DNA of 64,000 nt from Atractiella rhizophila. Its lineage: Eukaryota. Made by a program: the position numbers and the translations under genes. Shown here in pieces: positions 25,804-38,100 of this stretch (the first letter of the stretch is position 1; each line of letters begins with the position of its first letter). The notes beneath the pieces were generated by a model that worked only from the letters and a program-made list of their open reading frames with translations, did not search any database and had not been told where the DNA came from. The stretch spans positions 162,287-226,286 of the forward strand of contig MU271185.1 in the NCBI GenBank assembly GCA_021432655.1, in the 5' to 3' direction.

Positions 25804-26062
25804 CATTGCTAGCAGCTTGGGCAGCGATGATGGGAAGAGCATTTAAAAGTAATGATTGTCACGTAGGACATGGATCTCATGCCTTGCCTGATTTTGTACC
25901 ATTGAAACAGTTCCAATTCAAGACATGTTTGTTCCGTAGCTTCTGAAATCGCGCCGTGAGTATGATAAGTAAATCTGCTTTCGCGAGCAGGTTATTGGTA
26001 TAACATTATTGTTGTCCAGAAATACAGATTGTCTTTGCTTTATTTCATTCTTATTGAACAGA

Positions 26063-26672
26063 CTACCTTCCTCCGCCGGTCGCACCCTTCGACACTTGGT
26101 TGCCTCCTGATTTCGCATCATTCTGGATTCGAGTCAAACAGAATGAGTGATCTCCATTGACCTTCCTAGACATGGACGAAACAACGTACCTTAGATCCAT
26201 ACCCCTTGATCTCTGCTCCCGTCTTTAACGTTCCTTTCTCAAGGACAATGGTTATGACAGCAGTGTCCTACATCGGCACCAAATTTCAATAGGTAGTTCG
26301 ATAGTGGGGAAACCCGAGACGAACATTATGTGTCTCAAACACAGTGTCCAGCTCCTGCTTTGACGGCCGCTGAAGGATGCCTTGCGTACCAGTACCGGTA
26401 TGAAAGATCTCAAAAGTGTCTACAAACTCAGCAATTGGGACGGTCCTTCAGACGATTCTCATTAATCTCCGACGGATCGATAATGATAAAACGCACTTGT
26501 CTGCCCCACCAGAAGCAGAGAATCAACAAAACCGTACCCGATGACAGATGGAAAGAGACGCACCTCCTTCTTGCCATTTCTTGTAAAGGGCAACATCTGA
26601 AATCACGGCGATGTACTCGTTGGTGGATTGAGAGTCGGGCTTGTACACAACGGTGTTGAAGGATTTGGTCAT
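26063..26672 (-). CDS. RTC3: SBDS N-terminal-domain protein of the Rtc3 type
   Basis: Spliced: MTKSFNTVVYKPDSQSTNEYIAVISDVALYKKWQEG|DK|TVPIAEFVDTFEIFHTGTGTQGILQRPSKQELD…VITIVLEKG…GGGR*. Not in the ORF track. Confidence 0.75.
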
Positions 26673-26937
26673 GTTGGTGATTTATTTGATAAAGGCTGTT
26701 GTGGTGATGTTGTTAAGCGCTAGATTTGTTGAATTTGTGGATGGAAGAAGAAAGGTCTTCGTCGTTTTATATTCTGTCGTGTGAAGAGTCATGACGTCAT
26801 ATCTTGGGTGACTCCTGGTGCGGTACCCCAAGCATCGGTGCGCTGACCCGGGTACTGCTGGATACGCAAGAAGAACATTAACGCGCTTAAGCTTCACTGC
26901 GAGAAATCAGAGGTTAAGACGGTGAATCCAAATCCTC

Positions 26938-27900
26938 ATGGCTGATTCTTCCGACACGCGTTCAGCAGAGCACGCGGTAGCAGAAGATGGAAGTGAAGGG
27001 ATTGACCAGTTCCTTCTACCACAAGCAACGGGTAAGTTCTAATGTTTCTTTTCAAGTTCTCAGTCTAACTTGACTCGAAATCAGTGTCGCGACTCACAAG
27101 AGATTCTGTGCGTCTCTAAACCAATAAGAATGCTTTCGTGCCCTAACGGTGCACCACAGCTGCCAGATACGTTCAAGATGGCGAAAGATTTATCACCAGC
27201 AGTCCAAATAGCAACCTCTATCTTTGTTTCTTACTTAAGTGCGTGTCTCCTTCTTCCGTACCTTCGTTTTCACCAATACCATGCTCCAGCAACATTGTGA
27301 GCGTTCCCATGAACCCATTAGCTCCGAAGACGCGTCAACTCAGTGGTGAGATAAAGTGCACTGGATGCCGCTTCCAATCACAAACGCTCAACGCTAACTC
27401 CAAAGGATCTCCTTGAAGCTGCAGAGGCACTCAAATGGTCTGATGGAGAAGGTCTAGTACAAGCATTAAAAGAAGCACAAAGATGTTTGTCTCCCTCCCG
27501 TTCATTCTCCTGCTGTAGCCTCCATGTAACTAACCTTCGGACGCCGGATTCAGTGTTTGCGCAGAACAAAGAAGCGAAGAAAAAGCCCTCCGTGAAACAG
27601 CAGTCATCCGTTGGCCTCAAGAAGGGAAAAGGCAAAACTAAGGCTTCCGATGATCAGCCAACAGCAGTTTATGCTACGGAGGGTTTGCCAGCGGAGGAGA
27701 AGTGGAAGAACCCGCCGGCGAGCGAGGAGGAGGGCGAGGGCGGAGGCAGCGATGAGGAGCTGTCAGATCCCGATGACATTGTGGAGGAAGAGCAAGAGGA
27801 GATGGAGGCAGAGGAACCGCCTTTTGAAGAACAGGAGGAAGAGAAGGAGGATGAAGGATTGAAGGATGATGTTGTTATGGGAGATGCGGGCAGGGTCTGA
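26938..27900 (+). CDS. DPB4: Histone-fold (NF-YB-like) protein, probable DNA polymerase epsilon subunit Dpb4
   Basis: GIDQFLLPQAT|VSRL…LPDTFKMAKD…ATSIFVSYL…KRSTLTPKDLLEAAE followed by an acidic tail. Divergently oriented from the Rtc3-like gene. Confidence 0.75.
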
Positions 27901-28132
27901 AGATCCTTGAAATTGATCTATTGCTTTCAAAACTTTTATCGACTGCCACGGAACGTGAGTAATTGCAATTTGGGTCTTCGCTTTGGTCGCACAGTAATAT
28001 CCTCAACAACAGCTCAATGAATCAAGATAAATAGTAAGTCAGTACTAAAGGTGTGAAGTAGACCCATGGTCTCACATCGACGTTTTCAACTGGGAACCCA
28101 ACTGATCCAGATTGGACAAAACTTGCCTAACA

Positions 28133-29276
28133 CTAAGCCCACCATCTTTCCAAAAATTCTTCCACAGTAGTGAGTTTGGGATTCCCAAGTCGTTGATTGA
28201 GTGTAGGCTCAACACTCGCGCCGCCTCCCAGTTTCACCGCTCCTAGGAAACCCTGTGGAACTCTCAGCGATCCGTTCAACACTCAGTTTATGACAAACCT
28301 CTACAACAAAGTGCTGGAAGTAGTTTTCGGGTAGACCCTTCTCCAACTCGGCTTTCTGTGCTTCAAGCTGCTCTTGTGACGTGTAGGTGACATTGAATTT
28401 TTTTCCTACATCAAAAATCGTCAGTACTAAAGCAAAAGGATATCAAAAGCGCGTCATACCCGTGAATTTTTCAGCCAATTTGACAACTTCATTGTACGAC
28501 ATCGTTGAACCAACGATTCCACTTTCCTCTCCCCATTTTTCGAGGGCCAACATTTTCACGACCATCACTGCGATCTCTTGCGCTTTTGTGAACGTCACCA
28601 ACTCGTTTCCCGTTCCTGGGATGTTGGCTGTACCATCCGCAATGTTCACGACATACGGATGATATCTGCAATGAGACTTCAGCTGAGGGTAGGGTAATCA
28701 AGGATGCTAGACATGGAATGATGACGAACCTGACTCCATCGTATGCGTCCTCGACAACCCTCTCTTTGGGCGATCCAAAAGCAAAGAAATTCATATAAAT
28801 GCCAGGTCTTACAGCTGTAAACTCCATCTTTGTCTTCCTCAAAGCTTCAATGACAGGATCTTTAAATGCGTAAAGCTGGATATATTGGTTCATCTCCTTG
28901 CTCATTGCCCACTCACTTGGGATATATCTCTTAACTCCCGCCTCATCTGCAGCTTGAACTAGTCGGAGCTGACCTTCGAGGAACATCTGGACGGAGCTGG
29001 CGTTCGGGGAAGCCGTGTTGATTACGGTGTGGATCCCTTGGCGGCGGCAGCCAGAGAAGATGGGGAGGAATAATCGATCACGCGCACTTGGGAGGCGGGA
29101 AGGAGTGTCGTCTTTGAGGAGGAGGTGATCGCAAATGGAGTATAGAGATCAGGAAATTTTAAAAGCTCGCGGATATGCATGGACCCTACAAGTTGTTTCA
29201 TTACATTTCTACGCAGAAGTTTGGGAATCTCACCTAAGGATCCAACACCTACAACTGCAATCTGAATAGGAGCCAT
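28133..29276 (-). pseudogene. NmrA-like / isoflavone-reductase family NAD(P)-binding protein copy A, with a 1-nt deletion near 29042
   Basis: MAPIQIAVVGVGSL…GVKRYIPSEW. Copy A reads GCC G-C CAA GGG where copy B has GCC GTC CAA GGG, giving a premature stop at 29022. Confidence 0.65.
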
Positions 29277-29659
29277 CTTGATTGGTTTTCGAACTTTGCT
29301 TGATAATATGTTTGTTACCGTTTCCCACCTTGCATAACCCTCTCCTTTTATAGGCAAAATCCCATCCCCTCCTGCTCCACAAAACCAGCTTTCTCATCAT
29401 CCTTGCCGGAACGCAAGAATAGGACCTGGCGGGTGCAAACCGAGATCGGCGAAAAGCCCGCTCGTATGGAGGACACACCCGCTGGAGAAGATGTTACTGT
29501 CCGGCAGTAATTAGCAACAGACTGAGGAGGGGAAACATCGGGGGGAACGGGAAACATCCTCAATGCGGTTAATGAATGACTTGCTGCTAGTGTGCGCGGG
29601 TTGCCTTATCGTTAATGTGACCATCGTTGGACGCTGGATGTAGTTTGTGCACAGTGAAG

Positions 29660-29945
29660 GAAAAAGCCCTCTGTGAAGTGTTAGCCTCAAGAAGGGAAGG
29701 GTAAAGTGGAAGCTTCTGATGATCAGACAACGTCAGTTTACAGTGTTGAAGCTTTGACGAGGAAAGTGGAAAGAACCAGCTGGCGAGCAAGGAGGAAGCG
29801 ATGGGTGTCAAAGCTTCTGTGGGGAAGAGGAGGCGATGATGGAGGCAGAGGAGCTGCCTTTTGAAGAGGAGGAGGAGGAGGCTGAAGGATTGAAGGATCA
29901 CGTTGTTATGCGGGATGAGGCAGCGATTGAGAATCCATTCAAATT
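29660..29945 (+). pseudogene. Co-duplicated degenerate 3' end of the Dpb4-like gene
   Basis: Aligns by eye with 27579-27915 (AAAAAGCCCTC…GCCTCAAGAAGGGAA…GATGGAGGCAGAGGA…GAAGGATTGAAGGAT). Confidence 0.75.
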
Positions 29946-30140
29946 GCCATATTACTTTGAAAACTTTGTCAACTGACCTTGTTGTACAAATAAAATGAAA
30001 GCCAGGCTGCAATTACTCCCTGTAAGGTCTTCAACACTGATCAATCACGAGATAGATTGCAGAACTCAGAAATCATGATGTTAACTTGAAGTAACTGTGA
30101 GCTCAACTCATCCACAGTGGACGAAACTTGCTGCAACACC

Positions 30141-31273
30141 CTAAGCCCACCATCTTTGCAAAAATTCTTCCACAGTGGTGAGTTTGGGATTCCCAAGACG
30201 TTGGTTGAGCGTAGGCTTGACACTCGCATCGCCTCCCAGTTTTATCGCCGCTAGGAAGCCCTGCCAAACTCTTAGTAATTTGTTCGATGTTCAGTTTAGG
30301 ACAAACCTCAACGACAAAATGTTGGAAGAGTGTTTCAGGCAAGCCTTTCTCCAACTCAGCTTTCTGTGCTTCAAGCTGCTCTTTGGGAATGTAGGTGACA
30401 TTGAACTTTTTCCCTTCATCAAAAGGCGTTAGTTTCAGCAGCACAAGGCATCAAGAGGGGCCACACCTGTCAACTTTTCGGCTAATTTAATGACTTCATT
30501 GTAAGACATCGTCGAACCAACGACTCCACTTTCCTCTTCCCACTTTTCGAGGGCCAACAGTTTCACGGTCATCACTGCGATCTCTTGTGCTTTCGTGAAT
30601 GTCACCAAGTCATTCCCCGTTCCGGGGATGTTGGCTGTTCCATCCTCAATATTCACGACGTAAGGGTTATATCTAGCTTGTGACTTCAGCTGAGAATATG
30701 GTAACAAATGGCGGAAGGGTGACGAACCTGACTCCATCGAATGCGTCCTCTACCACTCTCTCTTTGGGCGATCCAAACGCGAAGAAATTCATATAAATCC
30801 CAGGTCTGACGGCCGTAAACTCCATCTTGGTCTTCCTCAAAGCTTCCATGATAGGGTCTTTGAAGCCATAAAGCTGGATGTACTGGTTCACCTTCTTGTT
30901 CATAGCCCACTCACTGGGGATATATCTCTTGACTCCCGCCTCATCTGCAGCCTGAATGAGTCGGAGCTGACCAGCGAGGAACTCTTGGATGGAGCTTGCG
31001 CTAGGGAAGGCCGTATTGATTATGGTGTGGACCCCTTGGACGGCGGAAGCCAGAGAAGATGGGGAGGAATAATCAATGACGCGCACTTGGGAGGCAGGAA
31101 GGAGTGTGGTCTTAGAGGAGGTGATCGCAATTGGAATGTAGAGATCAGGAAATTTTAAGAGTTCACGGATGTGAATAGATCCTACAGGTTGCTTGTAATT
31201 ACATTTCCACGCAAATGTATAATAGCTCACCTAAAGATCCAACGCCTACAACTGCAATTTTCACAGGAGCCAT
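30141..31273 (-). CDS. NmrA-like / isoflavone-reductase family protein copy B (intact)
   Basis: MAPVKIAVVGVGSL…AADEAGVKRYIPSEW…EFLQRWWA*, with the same intron positions as copy A. Confidence 0.85.
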
Positions 31274-32763
31274 CTTTGAGTAGTTTGGAACGTTGCTCGA
31301 AAATATTTCGTTATGGTTTCCGATCCGCATGAAACATCTCTTTTATAGGCAAACGCCCATTCCTCCTAGTTCTCTTACTCGACTTCACCCGTAACCAGGT
31401 ATCACGTCATCCTTGCCTAGGGATGCAGTGGGTGCAAAATGAGATCGGCGACAGTCTTATGGCTGACGAACCCGCTGGGGGAGTTGTTACTGTTCGGCAG
31501 CGAACAGAGGAGAGGGGAATGAACCCTTATGCAATGGCTTACCTGCTGGGGTCATCATCCTTGCCTTGGCAAGGAAAGCACGAATAGGGACGCAGCGGTT
31601 GCAACCGAGGTCGGCAATAGTTACACTCTTATGGGCTGACAAACCCACTGGAGGAGTTGTTACTGTCTGGCGGCAAAGACAGAGGAGAAGGGAAACAATC
31701 CTAGTGACTCTCCTGCGGGATTGAAGAATAAGAATAGAAGGCATTCCTGAGCTCATCGCTAATCCAATATGAATAAATCATGCTCTTGGAGGTCGGTGAG
31801 ACCTTGAGTGACAAAGCCACCGCTTCGGGGCCCGACGTCAGGGTTCAGCATAAAAGATCAAGAGTACGAAAGAGCATCCTGTGCGGAGCCCGAGTAATTG
31901 CTCTGATATGATCTCTAATGCTTTTCAAATAAAGAAAAGCATATAGAGTCAGGCAACTGATCAATTGCAGTGTGATGGTGTCACGTCTTTGACGTCTCAA
32001 TACACTCAACGTAGTAACTTGGAAGATATTCCACAGATTTCATGGTGCCTTTGTTGTTCATCTTCACCTTCACGTCGCCTTCCCAGCGCTATCTGGTAGA
32101 AATGCGTACCTCATATTACTTCTGAATTTCTGCCTTCCCGGCACGCTATAAATCAGGAGCGCGCTGGTTGCATGGTTGCATCACACATCTCGCGTCGCAT
32201 TTGACCAGCAGAGATTTTGCACGTGAGCATTTACTTTTACATTTCCATTGCGGAGGTTATTCTTCTTCATTCAATTTCAATATTCAAGACAAGGACGTGG
32301 AAGGCAGTGGAAGGGGACGGAGAGGTGCTCGGTAGGGCCAGGTCACTGATTAGAAGGAGAAAGCGATGCCGAGTCCTCCTCGCAAGGTTCATTTATTTAG
32401 ACGAGTGTATTTTTTGGCTCTCAGTTGTATCACCTTGTTGTCTTTCATGGCATTTTCCTCGATTCGTGATAAGGTAAACACCCTCACGTTTTCTGTTTCT
32501 GCGAGGACCTCGTCATGTCTACTCCAAAAAGTTCAATGGACAGGAGCTGAGAGCTGCGGAGCCGTTTCCTGAAAGCACTAAACCACGCGAAAAGCATCGT
32601 GCTAGACAAGGTCTCATGGGAGGCTCTGCCCATGATCCGTCCTGAGTCTTCCATTTCTGGTGCTATCTCTGGCCTACGTGGGGGTATAAAAGGAGAGAAG
32701 ATCGACTGGGATTGCTCATCCAGATCGTATCTCGTCTTCCCCTCTTGTCTTTAATTCACCACA

Positions 32764-33573
32764 ATGGTCTCTGCCTCCTCCGTCTTCGCTCTCACCCTAT
32801 CTTTGGTGTCCTTCGTGGCCGCTGACCACGTCGTCAATATCTACAACTATTGCGGTGAGGGCAAGCGAGGACATGTCAAATCGGGTATGCCTCCCACATT
32901 GTGTGTAGTGACGGGGAGAGCACATTGATTGACTTAGTCTGCTTTGCTTTATTTCTTTCATAGGCTCTTTCAATCACATTAGCGGAACCCTTTCTACCAA
33001 CGGTGGCTCCTACTCCGTATCCGTTCCCGCCCTTGCTAGCTCTTTCATTGTTTTTGGAGAGAGCGGAGAGTGCCCTGGTACATTTCTTTACTTTTCATGC
33101 AACTGCACCTCGTGCTAAACCTGTGGACTCGAAAGGCGACGACGGACCGGGATGCACGAGACTCGAGTGCGACTTCAGCAGTGGGTTGCTCTTCCTTTCT
33201 CCTTGTGTTCTCTAATGCTTGTTCTTGTCTTGAATAGATCCTTCGTTCCAGCAAGTAAGTGTGAACTGACTTTTGCCGATTATCATCATATAAGATGCTC
33301 ATACCTCGCTACGTCTAGTGCAACCTTTCCCGTGTTGCGGGATGGAGCATCCCTCTTGCATGGTCCTGGACTGACGGAAGCTGCACTGGTGGCCACTGCC
33401 CTTCCCCCAGCTCTGGGCCTGCCGACTGCTGGGTTCCTGGAGTCGATGACGGATCGTAAGACTCAGTCTTCTTTCGCTTATGTTCTCACATCTGATTCGT
33501 ACTTGCCTGTAGATCTATCAGGCAATGCAACACCGCTAACGTTGGAGTCAACCTCTACCTTTGCGGTGCTTAA
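32764..33573 (+). CDS. Small secreted Cys-rich protein, thaumatin-like layout, paralog 1
   Basis: Signal peptide MVSASSVFALTLSLVSFVAA, then HVVNIYNYCG…GECP|GDDGPGCTRLECDF…CNLSRVAGWSIPLAWSW…CNTANVGVNLYLCGA*. TATAAAA near 32685. Confidence 0.8.
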
Positions 33574-34140
33574 AGACTGTACCTTATGAAGGATGGACCA
33601 TGTTTTGGTCCTTGGATGGAGATGGAGGGATGGAATTGAACTGTATACGTGCAGTGGTTATAGTCGCTCAATGTAATGCAGGAAAGTCCAAAATGTGTTA
33701 GAAAGCAATCCTTTCTTTTGCTTCGTGTGATGATTATGCGGATGAAACGAGGATGCCACTCCACTCCCCTTGTCGGCATGCGAGCCAGTGTTAGCGTTCG
33801 ATGCCTGGATTGAAACCCAAGAAAACTGTTCTGTTCTGAAGTAGGAGTCTTTGCTGTTGCACAAAATGTTGGTGTTGGCATTGCAAAATCCAAGTAAATT
33901 GAACTTGATTCCCTCCCGCCAACGACCCCCACGATCAACGTCAAGTCCTGATGATCTCCGCATGCGTCTGGAAGGCCACACCTAAGGCTTTATGAACACT
34001 CACATGTTGCCCCTCATCAACGCTTTCGCCTTCTCCCAAACTGCGTCACCAACTGTTAATCGCCACGCTCGAGGTTGCCTGAAATGGTGACCACAGCTAC
34101 CTCCATGTTGCGATCAACGTCATCCCTCGCAACTCCTCCC

Positions 34141-34668
34141 AATCCTCCACTGCGTCCTCCTAGGGGGCAGGACAACGTCTGGCTCATATCTTCTCTCCCC
34201 TTCGCTCTTTGAAGAGGCCCGTAGCGACGGCCTGAAACGCACTGGGATCACACTGCCTTCTCCACCGTGGGAGATGCATGAGTCACAAGGGATGAGCAAG
34301 TTTGAGAAGTTTTTGGAGTCTGAGGCAGGAGGGACAGAAGGGATGGCGAATGGATGGTGTTTGTTGAACGGGATGGTAGCTAATGATAAGACCAAGTATG
34401 GATTGGAAAATGGGACAATCGGCTGGGGAGGGTTCGTAGTTTTCCTCTTTCGTCCTCCTAATTGCTTCAATGAAGGACTTGCGCTTATCATGTTGTTGGC
34501 CTGCTGCTTAGACTCATGAACACCTATTGGTTTGTCGACTTCGAATCAGGAATTGCCGCTGTGATTTCGGCTCACTTCATGCCGTTTGCAGAGCGAGAGA
34601 TGATCAAATTTAGGGATCACTTCATGGGTTGGGTGGTGGAGAAGAAGAGGCAGAATGCTGGGTTGTAA
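34141..34668 (+). pseudogene. 5'-truncated 3' fragment of the beta-lactamase-family gene
   Basis: …GTIGWGG|LMNTYWFVDFESGIAAVISAHFMPFAE…NAGL*. Matches reversed 46064-46591; similarity stops abruptly at 34141. Confidence 0.7.
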
Positions 34669-35292
34669 GTTGAGGCAAAAGTCACTGGACCCTCTTTGCC
34701 AGTCCACCGTCTCCAATCGAGCGTAGACTCATTTATCATTTAAAGTGTCACTCAATCCTTTTGCAGAGGTAAAATATCCAAACAATATTGAAAGCAATAG
34801 AGGCATTGGACTCCTAATACTCACAGTAAATACCAGTGCACCAAGGTTTGACTGGTAAGGCATGCGTGTAGCTTGCCAGTGACCTTGCTATAAGCAAGGC
34901 TGCAAAGGGCTTACGAGTAATCTTGTGGTGAGTTAATCGTTCAGCCTTCCCGCCCAGGGGTGAACGGCGGAGAGCTCACTCACTTGAAACCAATCAGAAC
35001 CAAGGTAGCAATGCATGAGAATTTGAAAAGCAACAAGCGGCAAGCTGAATTCAGGATGTATTCTACTACAGGTTGTCCTGGTGTCCACCGTGTCCTGTGT
35101 ACGGGCAAGTGAACGATGCCTGTCCTTGTTTCCGAGTGAGTCCGCATGCTTCATGTCAGACCGACATACCTTCCTTCGTCCCCATGTTGTCCAGTGATGT
35201 TATAAGAGCGCTCGCTGTTACCCGTCGCCCTCTTTCTACCATTCCATTTTAATACTAGCTGTTATACGGCCTTGTGGACTAATCTAGCTACA

Positions 35293-37930
35293 ATGCTGTC
35301 CCCGTCACTCATTCTTCCACTCGTTCTGTTGTTCTCCTCAGCCCAAGCCGCGCCGTCGAACGGCTACATCGTCGAGCTTTCCTCGAATGCTTCACCTTCC
35401 TCCGTCTCCCTTCCTCCCGGTACCCAGATCACTCGTCGCTGGACACACTCCTCGTTCAATGGACTATCCCTGCGCAACGTCTCGCTTTCTCTCTCCGAAT
35501 TACGTTCTCTGGACGGCGTGAAGAATGCATGGGAGAACGAGAGGGTTGCGCATCCTGACGCCGCCAGGATGCGAGAGATGAAGCGGTCGGGCAAATGGAA
35601 GTCCAAGCGGAATGTATCAGAAGGAGCGGTTCAGAAGAAGAGAGATTATGTGCCACCTTTTGGTCCGGATTATGAAGGGTTCAAGAACAGCGACTACTTC
35701 CCTCATCAACTCATCAACGCGACTTCGTTACATCAGCGTGGGATTCTAGGTCAAGGTCCGCCCTTCATTTGCATCAAGCAGAAACTACTGCTGATTAAGC
35801 GGATGGGCAGGCATCAAAGTCGCTATTATCGATTCGGGATTCGATTACACCCATCCGGTATTAGGAGGATGCTTTGGAGCTGGTTGCAAGGTATCTTTTG
35901 GACGTGATATGGTCGTAGGTGTCTCCTTTATGCACTGAAGCTTTCTTCAATAATGCGAGGTAAGGGTGACGACTTCCAAGCCGACGGCGATGTCCCTGTC
36001 CCTGTAACTGATCCTTTTTCTATCCCATGACACATATCTGAGGAAGGAAAAGGATGACGACCCAATGGACCTTTGTGGAATCCTTCCACACGGAACAAAC
36101 GTCGTATGTTCACCCTCTTTACAATGCAACGGCAAGATCTCATCCATTCTCCCATGGTTAGGCAGGCTCCATTGCTGCGAACCCCAACAACGATTACCCA
36201 TTTTTTGGCATCGCACCTTTGGCAGAACTGGGATTTTACCGCGTGTACGGATGTGGTGGAGTGTGCGTCTTCCTTCGCCGACATCGCGCCATGAGAAAGA
36301 ACTGAGATAGCGGAATGAAGGTATTCAACCCAGGAAGTCTGGATTGATGCTTTACTCGCGGCTGTGGAGGATGGGTATGTTCCTTCGTCAAACCAAACGA
36401 TGGCACCGTGAAGTCGTGACACCTGTAGAGCCGATGTCATTAATGTCTCGCTCGTTATTGGATCTCCATATTTCGACGATAATCCAGCCGCTTTGGTAGC
36501 TGATCGTCTTGTACGGGAGGTAAGTTCCAGTATCTCTTGCAAATCTTGACCTCATCTTGTGGAACAGCAAGGTGTCATTATCACTGCTTCCATAGGAAAC
36601 TCAGGCTCAGAGGGCATGTTCCTAACAGCAGCCGTCGGTCAAGCGCCGAATGTCTGGTCCATAGGAGGAGTAGATACAAGCCCTATTTTTTCCTATGAAG
36701 GAAAGACTACCAATGGGTCGACGTTCGGTTATTACAGCTACTTCCCATTCAACGCCTCCCTGCCCCTTTACGATGCTTCGAATCCGAACTCTTCCGTCAT
36801 CAATGATGCTTGTTCTCCATTCCCAGCCGGCACTGATCTCTCTGGAGTTGTTACGCTGGTAAGATCCGGTGGTTGCAGGTTCGTTCTTTCCCCAAAGTCC
36901 AACGACGCTTGTTTATACAGGATGGGCAGATACGGACCAAAATTCTCCAACCTTGCGGCGGCAAAAGCATCATACATTCTCGTCATGGCAGATGTTCCCG
37001 GTACGACCTCGGGCCTAGAGCAAGGTCTCAAAGGGGTTGGATACATCAGCGCCGACGTCTTTACTCTCCTCCATGCTTCTCCTAACCAGACTATCGACTT
37101 CACCTCTCTCACACGCGGCGCTCAGTCTGGTTCAGGTATCGGTCTGCCGAGCCCAGGTCTTTCTTCTTGGGGACCTTCCTTGACGCTGACGGGACCGGTC
37201 CTCAACCCGTCATTCCTCGCACCTGTCGACGGCGTTTTCACCACCACCTTCGGGGGCAAGTATCAAGAGTTTTCGGGTACCAGTGTCGCTTCTCCTCTCG
37301 CCGCCGGAAGCGCCGCATTGTGGTTGAGCGCGAGAAAGGCTGAAGGATTGACCGGCTTGCAGATTCGCAGCCTGTTCTCATCGACCGCTCAACTCCTCGC
37401 TGTTTCGGATGAGGATTCATCCATCGCTTCAGCTGCTCAAACTGGGAGCGGAAGACTGAATGTGCAGCGAGCAGTCGACAACTCTGTCACTTTCGAACCC
37501 TACACCCTCAATCTCAACGATACCGTCAATTTTGTGTCCAATCATACTATCAAGCTCACCAACTTTGGGAAGGAGGAGAGACGATTCATGGTCAAAGCGC
37601 AATCTTCTGTCACTGCTTTTGCTTACGCAGAAGGCGAGACGCGTCGGAGTGGAGAAACGCCCCAGACAACAAATGACCCTCTGACGACTGTTTCTGCCCC
37701 TGAAAGCGTAACAGTTGCGGCTGGGAGCACTGTGGATGTAGTCGTTTCATTTCAGAAGCCAGAGGATCACCCTCAGTATGTTCTTACTATTCTGCAGCTG
37801 CATCCGTAGATACTGATTTCCATTCAGGTTTCCGATTTATAGCGGGCACATCCTCTTCGTTGAACCAAGCCAGACCCTTGTTGTTCCTTATATGGGGATG
37901 GCAAATAAACAAGCCGACTTTAGTTGGTAA
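35293..37930 (+). CDS. Secreted subtilisin-like serine protease (S8, I9 propeptide, PA insert, Fn3-like tail)
   Basis: Signal peptide and catalytic motifs IIDSGFDYTHP, HGTNV and GTSVASP. Multi-exon. Confidence 0.92.
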
Positions 37931-38100
37931 TACGTTCTGCCTTCAGTGGCATTTCCCAGGACATTCAATTCAAGGACTTAGACCATGTACATCCATACAA
38001 TATATCACCTACTTAATGAGATAAGGCTCTCACGCTCCGGTGAAAGAGTCTGCCTACGTGAAAGTGACAGATCCTTCACTGAGTAACTTCTTGGCGCATC

